From a phage, in sequence record PZ445539.1: a DNA stretch of 37,196 nucleotides; one strand, given 5' to 3'. Positions within the stretch are counted from its first letter, which is position 1; each line of letters opens with the position of its first letter. The notes beneath the pieces are model-generated. The model saw nothing but the letters and a program-made list of their open reading frames with translations. It did not search any database and was not told the origin of the DNA. Both the position numbers and the translations under genes were made by a program. This document shows, piece by piece, positions 1-10,400 of the stretch.

Positions 1-1515
1 ATGACGCGAGGTGAGCGTGTAATAGCGTTCATTGAGCGCTTTTGCATCGTGCCGGAAGGCAAGCTTATCGGCCAGCCTATGCGGTTGGACCCCTTTCAGA
101 AAGATTTCATCCTGGCGGTTTACGACAATCCAGCCGGAACGGATATGGCGATCCTCAGCATCGCCCGAAAAAACGGTAAAACAGGCTTAATCGCTGGAAT
201 CCTCCTGGCTCACCTGGTGGGGCCTGAAGCGGTCCAGAACACGCAGATTGTCAGCGGCGCACTTAGCCGGGAACAGGCGGCCATCGTTTTTAACCTCGCG
301 GTGAAGATGGTCAACCTGAACCCTAAGCTGCAGGAGATTGTTCACATTACGCCAAGCGGAAAAAAGCTGATTGGTTTGCCGTGTAACGTCGAATACAAGG
401 CTTTATCCGCAGAAGGTAAGACGACGCACGGCCTTTCCCCCATTCTGGCCATTCTTGATGAAACCGGGCAGGTAAGGGGACCACAGGATGATTTTATCGA
501 TGCAATAACTACCGCGCAGGGGGCGCATGAAAACCCGCTGCTGATTGTTATCAGTACGCAGGCAGCAAACGATGCTGACCTGCTGAGCATCTGGATTGAT
601 GATGCGGTCAAATCGAAAGATCCGCACATCGTGTGCCACGTTTATGAAGCGCCAAAAGACGCTGATATCAGTAAACGCGAGTCCTGGCTGGCTGCGAACC
701 CGGCACTGGGAACATTCAGGTCAGAAAAAGACATGGCGCGCCAGGCTGAGAAAGCTGGCCGAATGCCAAGCTTCGAAAACACCTTCCGAAACCTCAACCT
801 CAATCAGCGCGTGTCTACCGTATCGCCGTTTATCTCCCGCAGCGTGTGGGAGCTTTGCGGAGAGATGCCGATTAACACGCCGAGGAAGTGGTACGCGGGG
901 CTGGATCTGTCAGCCAGGAACGACTTAACGGCGCTGGTTATCGCTGGTGAAGCAGATGATGGTGTTTGGGATGTTTTCCCCTTCTTCTGGACACCGCAAA
1001 AAACCCTTGAAGAGCGAACCAAAACGGACCGCGCACCCTATGACGTTTGGGTGAGAGAGGGGCTGCTGCGCACCACGCCAGGCGCTTCGGTGGATTACTC
1101 ATTCGTCGTTGCGGATATCGCTGAAATTATCGGTGATTTCGACCTTACCTCGATGGCTTTTGACCGCTGGCGCATTGACCAGTTCAGGAAGGATGCCGAT
1201 GCCATTGGGCTGAGCCTCCCGCTGGTCGAGTTCGGCCAAGGCTTTAAGGATATGGGGCCAGCTGTAGATACGCTGGAGTCTCTGATGCTTAACGGGCGCG
1301 TGAGGCATGGCATGCACCCCGTATTAACGATGTGTGCTGTGAATGCGGTGGTGGTGAAAGATGCTGCTGGCAACCGCAAGCTCGATAAGTCCAAAGCAAC
1401 AGGCCGTATTGATGGCATGGTCGCAATGACAATGTCCGTTGGTGCTGCTAATGGGGAAGTTACCGAACAGGGTGGTGACTTCGATGACTTCATTTTCCGA
1501 CCGCTGAGCATGTGA
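1..1515 (+). CDS. terminase large subunit (TerL); ORF begins at the window edge so the 5' end may be truncated
   Basis: 504-aa ORF with deviant Walker A-like motif (SIARKNGKTG) near the N-terminus; stop overlaps the portal start; terS lies at the other end of the window. Confidence 0.88.
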   Translation: MTRGERVIAFIERFCIVPEGKLIGQPMRLDPFQKDFILAVYDNPAGTDMAILSIARKNGKTGLIAGILLAHLVGPEAVQNTQIVSGALSREQAAIVFNLAVKMVNLNPKLQEIVHITPSGKKLIGLPCNVEYKALSAEGKTTHGLSPILAILDETGQVRGPQDDFIDAITTAQGAHENPLLIVISTQAANDADLLSIWIDDAVKSKDPHIVCHVYEAPKDADISKRESWLAANPALGTFRSEKDMARQAEKAGRMPSFENTFRNLNLNQRVSTVSPFISRSVWELCGEMPINTPRKWYAGLDLSARNDLTALVIAGEADDGVWDVFPFFWTPQKTLEERTKTDRAPYDVWVREGLLRTTPGASVDYSFVVADIAEIIGDFDLTSMAFDRWRIDQFRKDADAIGLSLPLVEFGQGFKDMGPAVDTLESLMLNGRVRHGMHPVLTMCAVNAVVVKDAAGNRKLDKSKATGRIDGMVAMTMSVGAANGEVTEQGGDFDDFIFRPLSM

Positions 1516-2789
1516 TGGAAGAACCTAAATACACGATTGACCTGCGAACCAATAACGGCTGGTGGGCAAGGCTGCAGTCCTGGTTTGTAGGCGGGCGTTT
1601 AGTCACCCCAAATCAGGGCTCACAGACGGGGCCTGTTTCGGCCCACGGACACCTGGGCGATTCATCCATTAATGATGAACGGATACTGCAAATTTCGACG
1701 GTTTGGCGCTGCGTGAGCCTGATTTCAACGCTCACGGCATGCTTACCGCTTGATGTCTTCGAAACCGACCAGAATGACAACCGCAAAAAAGTGGGTTTGA
1801 GCAATCCGCTGGCGCGACTGCTGCGCTACTCACCGAATCAGTACATGACCGCCCAGGAATTCAGGGAGGCCATGACGATGCAGCTCTGTTTCTACGGTAA
1901 CGCGTATGCACTGGTGGACCGCAACAGCGCGGGTGACGTGATCAGCCTTCTCCCGCTTCAGTCTGCCAATATGGATGTGAAACTCGTCGGAAAAAAAGTG
2001 GTTTATCGCTATCAGCGCGACAGCGAATACGCCGACTTTTCGCAGAGAGAGATTTTTCACCTTAAAGGCTTCGGATTCACCGGGCTGGTCGGCCTGTCCC
2101 CCATTGCTTTTGCCTGTAAATCGGCAGGTGTGGCAGTTGCGATGGAGGACCAGCAGCGAGATTTCTTTGCCAATGGCGCCAAGTCTCCGCAAATCCTCTC
2201 AACCGGAGAAAAAGTGCTAACTGAACAGCAGCGCTCGCAGGTCGAAGAGAACTTCAAAGAGATCGCCGGCGGTCCGGTTAAAAAACGCCTCTGGATTCTG
2301 GAAGCGGGCTTTTCCACATCGGCAATTGGCGTAACGCCGCAGGATGCCGAAATGATGGCGTCCCGAAAATTTCAGGTTAGTGAACTGGCGCGATTCTTTG
2401 GCGTACCGCCTCACCTTGTCGGCGATGTCGAGAAGTCAACGAGCTGGGGATCGGGTATCGAGCAGCAGAATCTCGGCTTCCTGCAGTACACGCTGCAGCC
2501 CTATATCTCCCGGTGGGAAAACAGCATTCAGCGGTGGCTTATTCCTGCTAAGGATGTTGGACGTATTCATGCTGAGCACAATCTCGACGGCCTGCTGAGG
2601 GGCGATTCGGCATCCCGCGCAGCCTTTATGAAGGCAATGGGAGAGGCAGGATTACGCACCATCAATGAAATGCGCCGAACGGACAACCTCCCGCCATTGC
2701 CGGGTGGCGATGTGGCAATGCGCCAGTCGCAATACGTGCCGATCACCGACTTAGGAACCAACAAAGAGCCCCGTAATAACGGGGCTTAA
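1512..2789 (+). CDS. portal protein (HK97-family-like)
   Basis: 425-aa ORF directly after TerL with overlapping start (GTG 1512 or ATG 1515); size and position typical of a portal gene. Confidence 0.85.
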   Translation: MMEEPKYTIDLRTNNGWWARLQSWFVGGRLVTPNQGSQTGPVSAHGHLGDSSINDERILQISTVWRCVSLISTLTACLPLDVFETDQNDNRKKVGLSNPLARLLRYSPNQYMTAQEFREAMTMQLCFYGNAYALVDRNSAGDVISLLPLQSANMDVKLVGKKVVYRYQRDSEYADFSQREIFHLKGFGFTGLVGLSPIAFACKSAGVAVAMEDQQRDFFANGAKSPQILSTGEKVLTEQQRSQVEENFKEIAGGPVKKRLWILEAGFSTSAIGVTPQDAEMMASRKFQVSELARFFGVPPHLVGDVEKSTSWGSGIEQQNLGFLQYTLQPYISRWENSIQRWLIPAKDVGRIHAEHNLDGLLRGDSASRAAFMKAMGEAGLRTINEMRRTDNLPPLPGGDVAMRQSQYVPITDLGTNKEPRNNGA

Positions 2790-2794
2790 TTTTT

Positions 2795-3484
2795 ATGGGG
2801 GCCGTAATGCCTGAAATCGTAAAAACGCTGTCTTTCGACGAGACAGAAATCAAATTCACCGGTGACGGGAAACAGGGGATTTTTGAAGGCTACGCCTCTG
2901 TTTTTAATAACACCGATTCCGATGGCGACATCATTCTGCCAGGGGCGTTTAAAAATGCACTGGCGAACCAGACCCGCAAAGTGGCGATGTTCTTCAACCA
3001 CAAGACGTGGGAGCTACCGGTTGGTAAATGGGACAGCCTGGCCGAAGACGAGAAAGGTCTGTATGTGCGCGGTCAGCTGACCCCAGGACACAGCGGCGCC
3101 ACCGACCTGAAAGCGGCAATGCAGCACGGTACCGTTGAGGGGATGTCGGTTGGCTTTTCTGTTGCGAAAGACGATTACAGCATCACTACCACCGGCCGCA
3201 TTTTTAAGAATATTCAGGCCCTGCGTGAAATCAGCGTTTGTACCTTCCCGGCCAACGAACAGGCTGGCATTGCAGCCATGAAAAGTGTCGATGGCATTGA
3301 AACGATCCGTGATGTGGAGAACTGGCTGAGGGATTCAGTCGGGCTCACCAAATCACAGGCAGTTGGGCTAATAGCCCGGTTTAAGTCAGCGATTCGGAGC
3401 GAGTCCGAGGGCGACGGAAACGAAGCACAAATCAACGCTCTGCTTCAGAGCATCAAATCTTTCCCTTCTAATTTAGGTAATTAA
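2795..3484 (+). CDS. prohead maturation protease (HK97 gp4-like)
   Basis: 229-aa ORF between portal and major capsid genes; alternative start at 2807 has a better GGGGG ribosome-binding site. Confidence 0.8.
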   Translation: MGAVMPEIVKTLSFDETEIKFTGDGKQGIFEGYASVFNNTDSDGDIILPGAFKNALANQTRKVAMFFNHKTWELPVGKWDSLAEDEKGLYVRGQLTPGHSGATDLKAAMQHGTVEGMSVGFSVAKDDYSITTTGRIFKNIQALREISVCTFPANEQAGIAAMKSVDGIETIRDVENWLRDSVGLTKSQAVGLIARFKSAIRSESEGDGNEAQINALLQSIKSFPSNLGN

Positions 3485-3486
3485 TT

Positions 3487-4644
3487 ATGTCTGAACTCGC
3501 TCTCATTCAAAAAGCTATCGAAGAGTCCCAGCAGAAAATGTCCCAGCTTTTCGATGCACAGAAAGCAGAAATCGAAAGCACGGGTAAGGTATCCAAACAG
3601 CTGCAGTCGGACCTTGCGAAAGTACAGGAAGAACTGACCAAATCCGGCACTCGCCTCTTCGATCTTGAGCAGAAACTGGCCTCCGGTGCCGAAAATCCGG
3701 GTGAGAAGAAATCCTTCTCCGAACGCGCAGCGGAAGAACTGCAGAAGTCCTGGAACGGCAGCAAAGGCAGCTTCGAGGCGAAAACCTTTAACAAGTCGCT
3801 GGGCAGTGATTCTGATTCTGCAGGCAGCCTGATCCAGCCGATGCAGGTTCCAGGCATCATCATGCCGGGCCTGCGCCGTCTGACCATTCGTGATCTGCTG
3901 GCGCAGGGCCGAATTTCCAGTAACTCCCTGGAATACGTCCGTGAAGAGGTGTTTACCAATAACGCCGATGTGGTGGCCGAGAAAGCGCTGAAACCTGAAT
4001 CGGATATTACCTTCAGCAAGCAAACCGCGAACGTGAAGACCATCGCCCACTGGGTGCAGGCGTCACGTCAGGTTATGGACGATGCGCCAATGCTGCAGTC
4101 ATACGTCAACAACCGCCTCATGTACGGTCTGGCGCTGAAGGAAGAAGGCCAGCTGCTGAACGGCGACGGTACCGGGGATAACCTGGAAGGTCTGAACAAA
4201 GTGGCAACCGCCTACGACACCTCGCTGAATGCCACTGGCGACACCCGCGCTGACATTATCGCTCACGCCATTTATCAGGTGACCGAATCTGAGTTTAGCG
4301 CTTCCGGTATCGTCCTGAACCCGCGCGACTGGCACAACATTGCGCTGCTGAAAGACAATGAAGGCCGTTATATTTTCGGCGGCCCTCAGGCGTTTACCAG
4401 CAACATCATGTGGGGGCTGCCGGTAGTTCCGACTAAGGCACAGGCCGCCGGTACCTTTACGGTGGGCGGTTTCGATATGGCCTCTCAGGTGTGGGATCGC
4501 ATGGATGCCACCGTGGAAGTCAGCCGTGAAGACCGCGATAACTTCGTGAAAAACATGCTGACCATCCTGTGCGAAGAGCGCCTGGCGCTGGCGCACTATC
4601 GCCCGACGGCAATCATCAAGGGCAGTTTCTCTTCTGGCTCATGA
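3487..4644 (+). CDS. major capsid protein, HK97 fold, with N-terminal delta (scaffold) domain
   Basis: 385-aa ORF; N-terminus MSELALIQKAIEESQQKM... and overall sequence closely match my recollection of HK97 gp5; coiled-coil N-terminal region. Confidence 0.93.
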   Translation: MSELALIQKAIEESQQKMSQLFDAQKAEIESTGKVSKQLQSDLAKVQEELTKSGTRLFDLEQKLASGAENPGEKKSFSERAAEELQKSWNGSKGSFEAKTFNKSLGSDSDSAGSLIQPMQVPGIIMPGLRRLTIRDLLAQGRISSNSLEYVREEVFTNNADVVAEKALKPESDITFSKQTANVKTIAHWVQASRQVMDDAPMLQSYVNNRLMYGLALKEEGQLLNGDGTGDNLEGLNKVATAYDTSLNATGDTRADIIAHAIYQVTESEFSASGIVLNPRDWHNIALLKDNEGRYIFGGPQAFTSNIMWGLPVVPTKAQAAGTFTVGGFDMASQVWDRMDATVEVSREDRDNFVKNMLTILCEERLALAHYRPTAIIKGSFSSGS

Positions 4645-4650
4645 TGGAGG

Positions 4651-4672
4651 GGGCGGGGTGACCCGCCCTTTT
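4651..4672 (+). terminator. intrinsic terminator-like hairpin after the capsid gene
   Basis: GGGCGGG-gtga-CCCGCCC stem-loop followed by TTTT. Confidence 0.55.
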
Positions 4673-4677
4673 AACGT

Positions 4678-5004
4678 ATGGCGATAGATGTTCTGGATGT
4701 AATTGGCCTCAGCCTGTTTAAGCAGCAGATTGAATTTGAGGAAGACGACAGGGACGAGCTGATCACCCTGTACGCTCAGGCAGCTTTTGACTACTGCATA
4801 AGCTGGTGCGATGAACCAGCTTGGAAAGTTGCAGCTGATATTCCTGCAGCCGTTAAGGGCGCCGTTCTCCTTGTCTTTGCTGACATGTTTGAACACCGCA
4901 CCGCGCAAAGCGAAGTACAGCTATATGAGAACGCTGCAGCAGAACGCATGATGTTCATCCATCGCAACTGGCGCGGTAAATCTGAACCTGAGGAGGGCTC
5001 CTGA
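4678..5004 (+). CDS. head-tail connector protein (gp6-like DNA-packaging/connector)
   Basis: 108-aa acidic ORF immediately after the capsid gene; position-based call. Confidence 0.55.
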   Translation: MAIDVLDVIGLSLFKQQIEFEEDDRDELITLYAQAAFDYCISWCDEPAWKVAADIPAAVKGAVLLVFADMFEHRTAQSEVQLYENAAAERMMFIHRNWRGKSEPEEGS

Positions 5005-5342
5005 TGGAACCTGGACGATTCAGGCACAGGGTAAAAATTCTCACCTTCACGACTTCGCGCGATCCATCTGGTCAGCCGGTTGAATCGTGGAGTGGTGGCA
5101 ACCCGGTCCCGGCTGAGGTGAAGGGGATCAGTGGCAGAGAGCAGATGTCTGGTGGCGCGGAAACGGCGCAGGCAACCATTCGCGTCTGGATGCGCTTCAG
5201 GGCTGAGCTGAACGCCTCTTCTCGTCTGGAAGTGCTTAGCGGCCCGTATAAAGGTCAGGTGCTAAATATCATCGGTCCTCCTGTAGCAAATGCGACCGGC
5301 AGTCGTCTGGAAATTCTTTGCAAAACGGGAGCTGAAAAATGA
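5004..5342 (+). CDS. head closure / head-tail adaptor protein
   Basis: 112-aa ORF with start overlapping the previous stop; position in head-tail joining block. Confidence 0.55.
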   Translation: MEPGRFRHRVKILTFTTSRDPSGQPVESWSGGNPVPAEVKGISGREQMSGGAETAQATIRVWMRFRAELNASSRLEVLSGPYKGQVLNIIGPPVANATGSRLEILCKTGAEK

Positions 5343-5788
5343 TTGAGACGAGCCTCGATTTTTCCGGGTTAAATGACATTGCAAAGGATCTGGAAGCGCT
5401 TAGCCGCGCTGAAAACAACAAGGTTCTGCGTGATGCCACGCGCGCCGGTGCCGAAGTGCTTAAGGAAGAAGTGATCGCCCGCGCTCCGGTGCGTACCGGG
5501 AAACTGAAAAAAAACGTGGTGGTGGTTACCCAAAAAAGCCGACGCCGCGGGGAAATTTCTTCTGGTGTCCACATTCGTGGTGTTAACCCGCGCACCGGGA
5601 ACAGCGATAACACGATGAAGGCGAATAACCCGAGAAATGCCTTTTACTGGCGATTCGTTGAAATTGGAACCGTTAACATGCCACCGCACCCTTTCATTCG
5701 TCCCGCGTTCGATGTTCGCCAGGAGCAGGCGACGGAGGTTGCGATCAGGCGCATGAACCAGGCCATTGACGAGGCATTAAGCAAATGA
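5339..5788 (+). CDS. HK97 gp10-like tail component
   Basis: 149-aa ORF, overlapping start and stop codons with neighbours; position-based call. Confidence 0.5.
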   Translation: MIETSLDFSGLNDIAKDLEALSRAENNKVLRDATRAGAEVLKEEVIARAPVRTGKLKKNVVVVTQKSRRRGEISSGVHIRGVNPRTGNSDNTMKANNPRNAFYWRFVEIGTVNMPPHPFIRPAFDVRQEQATEVAIRRMNQAIDEALSK

Positions 5789-6132
5789 CGGAAGAAGATC
5801 TCTATCCTCTGCTGGCGCCGCTGGCCGGAGGGCAGGTTTATCCCTACGTTGCGCCGCTCGGCAGTGACGGGAAGCCTTCAGTCTCGCCGCCCTGGGTAAT
5901 TTTCTCGATTATTACCGACGTGGCCGCAGACGTTCTTTGCGGTCAGGCTGAATCTGCCGTTTCTGTGCAGGTTGATGTCTATTCCAGCACCATCGCTGAA
6001 GCGCGCACGATCAGGAATATGGCGCTTGATGCTCTGCAGGTGCTGAAGCCGGAAAGCATTGTGAAAACGCCGGGCTATGAGCCTGATTTGCGCTATCACC
6101 GGGCAACGCTCGAATTTCAGGTAACCGTTTAA
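5785..6132 (+). CDS. tail completion / tail terminator protein
   Basis: 115-aa ORF immediately upstream of the major tail gene. Confidence 0.45.
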   Translation: MTEEDLYPLLAPLAGGQVYPYVAPLGSDGKPSVSPPWVIFSIITDVAADVLCGQAESAVSVQVDVYSSTIAEARTIRNMALDALQVLKPESIVKTPGYEPDLRYHRATLEFQVTV

Positions 6133-6148
6133 CCTTACCCACCATAAC

Positions 6149-6173
6149 AGACCGCCCCGGCGGTCTTTTTTTA
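6149..6173 (+). terminator. terminator-like hairpin upstream of major tail gene
   Basis: AGACCGC-cccg-GCGGTCT stem-loop followed by TTTTTTT. Confidence 0.55.
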
Positions 6174-6185
6174 TCTGGAGAAACC

Positions 6186-6656
6186 ATGACCAGTAAGTAT
6201 GAAGTTACAAAGGGGATGACCTTTGCCGTCTCCGACGCACCGGTAACCGCTGAGGATTTTAACGCCTCAGGTTTCCCGGGGGCTGGCATTACCTGGCTGG
6301 AAGCGGCCTGTGCAACAAAGGAGATCACCTTCACCGGCGGGCAGAAAGGGGATATCGACGTAACCACGCTTTGCTCAACTGAACAGGAGCAAACCAACGG
6401 CCTCGCCGCGCCAGCTGAAATGAGCATTACCCGTAACTGGGTTGGCGATGAAGCAGCACAGGAGGCACTGCAGACCGCTTACGAAAATGACGAACTGCGC
6501 GCGCTGCGTGTGGTGTTCCCGTCTGGTAATGGTTTCTACGTGCTGGTGGAGGTACGCCAGAGCTCATGGTCTGCTGCAACATCTTCCGTTGTTGGCGCTA
6601 CCTATTCTCTGCGTGTACGCGGCAAACCTAAACGCATCTACGCGTCTGGTTCCTGA
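6186..6656 (+). CDS. major tail (tube) protein
   Basis: 156-aa ORF with GGAG ribosome-binding site, bracketed by hairpins, directly upstream of the G/GT chaperone pair. Confidence 0.7.
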   Translation: MTSKYEVTKGMTFAVSDAPVTAEDFNASGFPGAGITWLEAACATKEITFTGGQKGDIDVTTLCSTEQEQTNGLAAPAEMSITRNWVGDEAAQEALQTAYENDELRALRVVFPSGNGFYVLVEVRQSSWSAATSSVVGATYSLRVRGKPKRIYASGS

Positions 6657-6677
6657 GCGGCTTCGGCCGCTTTTTTT
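6656..6677 (+). terminator. terminator-like hairpin after major tail gene
   Basis: AGCGGC-ttcg-GCCGCT (UUCG tetraloop) followed by TTTTTTT. Confidence 0.6.
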
Positions 6678-6710
6678 ATCCCTTCGATCATGTAACAAGA
6701 GAAAAATGAA

Positions 6711-7112
6711 ATGCCGCAAAAAACATCACAGAATTCATTACGCAACGTGGCGCTTACAGCATCGAAAGCCTATCGCACCAAAGAAGGTATCACGGTCCCT
6801 GAATGGGATGGCGCAAAGGTAACGCTGCGTGAACCCTCTGGCGATGCCTGGGTGAAATTCCGGGAGATCGTTAATCCCCAGCTCGCCGAGGGCGAAGAGG
6901 CACCGACGCTGACGGAGGCGGAAAAGTTTCTGCGTAACAAAGAGGCTGATGTGGTTCTGTTTATTGACGTTCTGCTGGATGAAAACGGCGAGCGAGTATT
7001 CAGCGATGAGGATCAGGAGCAGGTATCTAAAATCTATGGTCCTGTGCACTCCCGCCTGCTGGCTCAGGCCCTCAACCTCGGAATGAGCCAGGAAGAAGCG
7101 GGAAAGCCGTAA
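6711..7112 (+). CDS. tail assembly chaperone (lambda gpG-like)
   Basis: 133-aa acidic ORF ending GCG GGA AAG CCG TAA; contains slippery heptamer G GGA AAG at 7100-7106. Confidence 0.75.
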   Translation: MPQKTSQNSLRNVALTASKAYRTKEGITVPEWDGAKVTLREPSGDAWVKFREIVNPQLAEGEEAPTLTEAEKFLRNKEADVVLFIDVLLDENGERVFSDEDQEQVSKIYGPVHSRLLAQALNLGMSQEEAGKP

Positions 7113-7399
7113 AGCAGCCGCTGACCTTTTTCCTGATGTCATTGGCGCTACGGATGGGGCGCACTCTTCACGAACTGCGCCAGACCATGACCGCCAGCGA
7201 GCTCAAAATGTGGATCGAGTTCGACCGCATCAGTCCGATTGGTGACTGGCGCGCCGATGCACAGGCGGCGCAGATCTCCGTTGCAATGCTGAACTCTCAG
7301 GGTGGGAAATTCACCATTCCTGACGTGATGCTGAAGTGGGGAGAGCAGGAAGAGGTCGCAGAAGTCTCAGAACTCGAAAATTGGATATCCAGTCTTTGA
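7100..7399 (+). CDS. tail assembly protein T-like extension, expressed as G-T fusion by programmed -1 frameshift
   Basis: The -1 frame is open from 7100 through ORF 7136..7399 with no stop; heptamer identical to lambda G-T slip site; directly upstream of tape measure gene. Confidence 0.65.
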   Translation, partial: GKAVKQPLTFFLMSLALRMGRTLHELRQTMTASELKMWIEFDRISPIGDWRADAQAAQISVAMLNSQGGKFTIPDVMLKWGEQEEVAEVSELENWISSL

Positions 7400-7400
7400 C

Positions 7401-7422
7401 GCCCGCGGCTGCGGGCTTTTTT
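7401..7422 (+). terminator. terminator-like hairpin before tape measure gene
   Basis: GCCCGC-ggct-GCGGGC followed by TTTTTT. Confidence 0.55.
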
Positions 7423-7433
7423 ATGGGTGAAAT

Positions 7434-10400
7434 ATGGCAACGCTGCGCGAGCTAATCATCAAAATTTCGGCGAACTCATCTTCTTTCCAGTCTGAGATCG
7501 CCAGAGCGTCCCGCATGGGAACCGATTACTACCGCACTATGGAACAGGGCGGGAAAAAAGCTGCAGCGGCCACGCGTGAAACTCAGCGCTCTTTGGCTGA
7601 CCTGAACTCTCAGCTTGCAACAGTACGTTCCTCTGCTGCCGGGCTTGCCGGTGCGTGGGCTGGTGCATTTGCCACGCATCAGCTGATTCAGTTTGCCGAC
7701 ACGTGGAACCAGTTGAATGGGCGTCTTCGCCTTGCGTCCTCTTCCAGTGAGGATTACGTGCAATCCCAGCGTGTACTGATGGAGATTAGCCAGCGGACCG
7801 GAACATCCCTTGAGGCAAACAGCAACCTGTACAGCAGAATTGCGCAGTCCCTGCGTGATGCCGGTTACGCTTCTGCTGACGTCGCAAAAGTTACGGAAAC
7901 CGTAGCAACCTCACTGAAGCTGTCTGGCGCCAGTACCGAAGAGGCGAGTTCTGTTATCACCCAGCTTAGCCAGGCACTTGGCTCAGGCGTTTTGCGAGGC
8001 GAAGAATTTAACTCCATCATGGAGAACGGCGGCCGCCTGGCGAAACTGCTGGCTGATGGGCTGGGTACCAGTGTTGGTGGCCTGCGAAATATGGCCAACA
8101 ACGGCGAGCTGACGACCAACAAGATCGTCCCGCTGCTGACCAACGTTGAGATCCTCCGTAAAGAATTCGACACCCTTCCTGCTTCCATCAGCGGATCTGC
8201 ACAGAAAGTGCAAAACGCCTTCCTTGCATGGGTTGGCGGGGCGAACGATGCGGTCGGCGCATCCTCAACGCTTTCCGGCGTGCTGGATGGTCTTGCGAAT
8301 AACATCGATGATTTGGCAAATACAGCCGGTATTCTGGTTGGTGTTGGCCTCGCCCGTTATTTCGGCAACATGGTTGGCAGCGTCGCTCAGTCAACCCGGG
8401 CAGTGCTCGCTAATACGGCCGCCGAGGTCGCACTGGCTCAGGCTCAGGTTCGTGGCGCTCAGGTTAGCGTTGCTGCTGGTCGCCAGGCTGTTTATCGCGC
8501 TCAACAGGCGCGCGCAGCGGCGACGAGTATTGAGGCTCAGATTGTCGCTGAGCGTAATCTTGCTGCTGCTCAGGCATCACTGAATACTGCGCTTGCTGGC
8601 AGGACTTCGGCCGTTAATAACCTCACCAATACAGCCTCGGTGATGTCCCGCCTGGGTAGTGGCGTTCTTGGCATTCTCGGTGGCTGGCCTGGAGTGATTA
8701 TCGGTGCTGGCGCTGCGATGTATGGCCTTTATCAACATACCCAGCAGGTGCACCGTGAGGCGGTAGGTTTTGCCAACAACCTTGACGAGATCAACACCAA
8801 GCTCCAGCAGATGTCGGTGCTTGGCCTGCGTTCGACCGCGGCTGATGCCCGTACATCTTTGCAGGCGCAAAAACAGGACCTGGCCGACCTCGACTCTCAG
8901 ATCGCGAAGGTGAAAGACAGCCTTAAGGCGGTTGACCAAATCCAGCAGGACTATAACCGCCATCCGACGCTGACCCTGATCAATACTTTCATGGACCAGG
9001 CCGACATCACGGCCAAAAATATCGAGCTGACCGATAAGCTGAACCAGCTGGAGTACCAGCGCGAACAGGCAGCCTCAAAAGTCGAGCAAACGCAGAAGCT
9101 GGTAAACCAGGCCAGCGATCTGGCCACGCAAAAGGCTATCGAACAGGCTGGCGCCGTCTCTATCCTGAAAGGTGCGTATGACCTGCTTAACCGCTCAATG
9201 TCAGCGACCGCTGGCGCCAAGCCGCCGCAATATGCCGGGCCCGTCGTTTCACTGGCGAACGCAACGCCTCAACAGCAAACCGCACTGGAGCGCTCACGCC
9301 GAGATAACGAGCTGGCCAGCCTAAGCGGTTTAGAGAAACTTCATCAGCAGCACGTGTATGAAGCAGAAGACCTGAAGCTGACGGGAGCACTTTACACCCA
9401 GTACATTTACAACAAGGATCAGGCAGCCAAAAAAGATGCAGCGGCTGCGGAGGCAAAAAAAACCTCTACCGCCGCCTCGAAAGCACAGAGTAAAGCCGAG
9501 CGTGAAGCGGCCAGCACCGCCGAACAGTATTCCCGGAAAATGGCCGATCTGAGTGTGGCTATCGACGTGCAACGCGTCAGGGCGACGGAAGGTGAAAAAG
9601 CCTCGGAGCTTTACGCTGCATCGCACCAGGCAGGCACTAAATGGACCGACGAGCAGCGCAAGGCGATCCAGGCATCATCAGCAGAGCTGGCAAAATGGAC
9701 GCAAAAAGCCGACGAGAACGTGCGCAAGCAGCGCGAACAAGCTGATGCCCTGAAGGATTTAACTGAAGCGGCCCGAAAGTTCAGGGATGAGGCGACGCTG
9801 ACAACCGAAACCGCAGGCATGAGTGATCGCCAGCGCAGCCGGTTCGACGAGACGCAACAGATCGACCGTGTTTTTGCTAAAGCAGGTGGCGACAAAAGCA
9901 CCCAGGCTGTGATAGCTCGAAGCGAAGCCCTTGATGCTCTGGATAAGAAATACAAGGCTATTGCAGCAGCTGAAGCGGATTGGATGTCCGGTGTATCACG
10001 CGGCTATGCCAACTGGTTTGATGAAATCAGTAACGTATCCGGAACGGTTTCTGACGGGGTGAAAACCACACTCGACAGCGCGTTTGGTAACGTCACCTCA
10101 ATGCTCGAAGGCAATAAAGTTAGCTGGAAATCGTGGGGTATTTCTGTCCTGCAGATCATTGAAAAAGTGGCGCTGCAGATGGCGGTGGTCAGCGCGATGG
10201 GTGGTGCCTCTTCCGGTTCTGGCATTTTTGGCTCACTCATCGGCAGTGTGGGCAGTTTCTTCGGGGGCGGGGCGGGAGCATCAGCCAGCACCGGTACAGC
10301 GGTTTCCAGTTACGGCTCGAGCTTCCAGTTTAATGCCAAAGGCGGCGTTTATGACTCTCCATCCCTGAGCGCTTTCAGTAATGGGATCGTCAGAAACCCA

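Noticed and set aside
3481-4050. Long minus-strand ORFs (189 aa and 178 aa) inside the major capsid gene
   Set aside because: Fully antisense to a high-confidence capsid gene, with no ribosome-binding site or independent support; typical spurious ORFs in GC-rich coding sequence. The same applies to other antisense ORFs inside terminase, tape measure, J, K and int.
7423-7455. Short upstream ATG (uORF) 11 nt before the tape measure start
   Set aside because: Out of frame, about 10 codons, no separate ribosome-binding site; probably incidental to the T-run/ATGGG motif
8146-8583. 145-aa plus-strand ORF in an alternative frame within the tape measure gene
   Set aside because: Lies entirely inside the tape measure reading frame region, Arg/Leu-rich composition typical of an out-of-frame artefact
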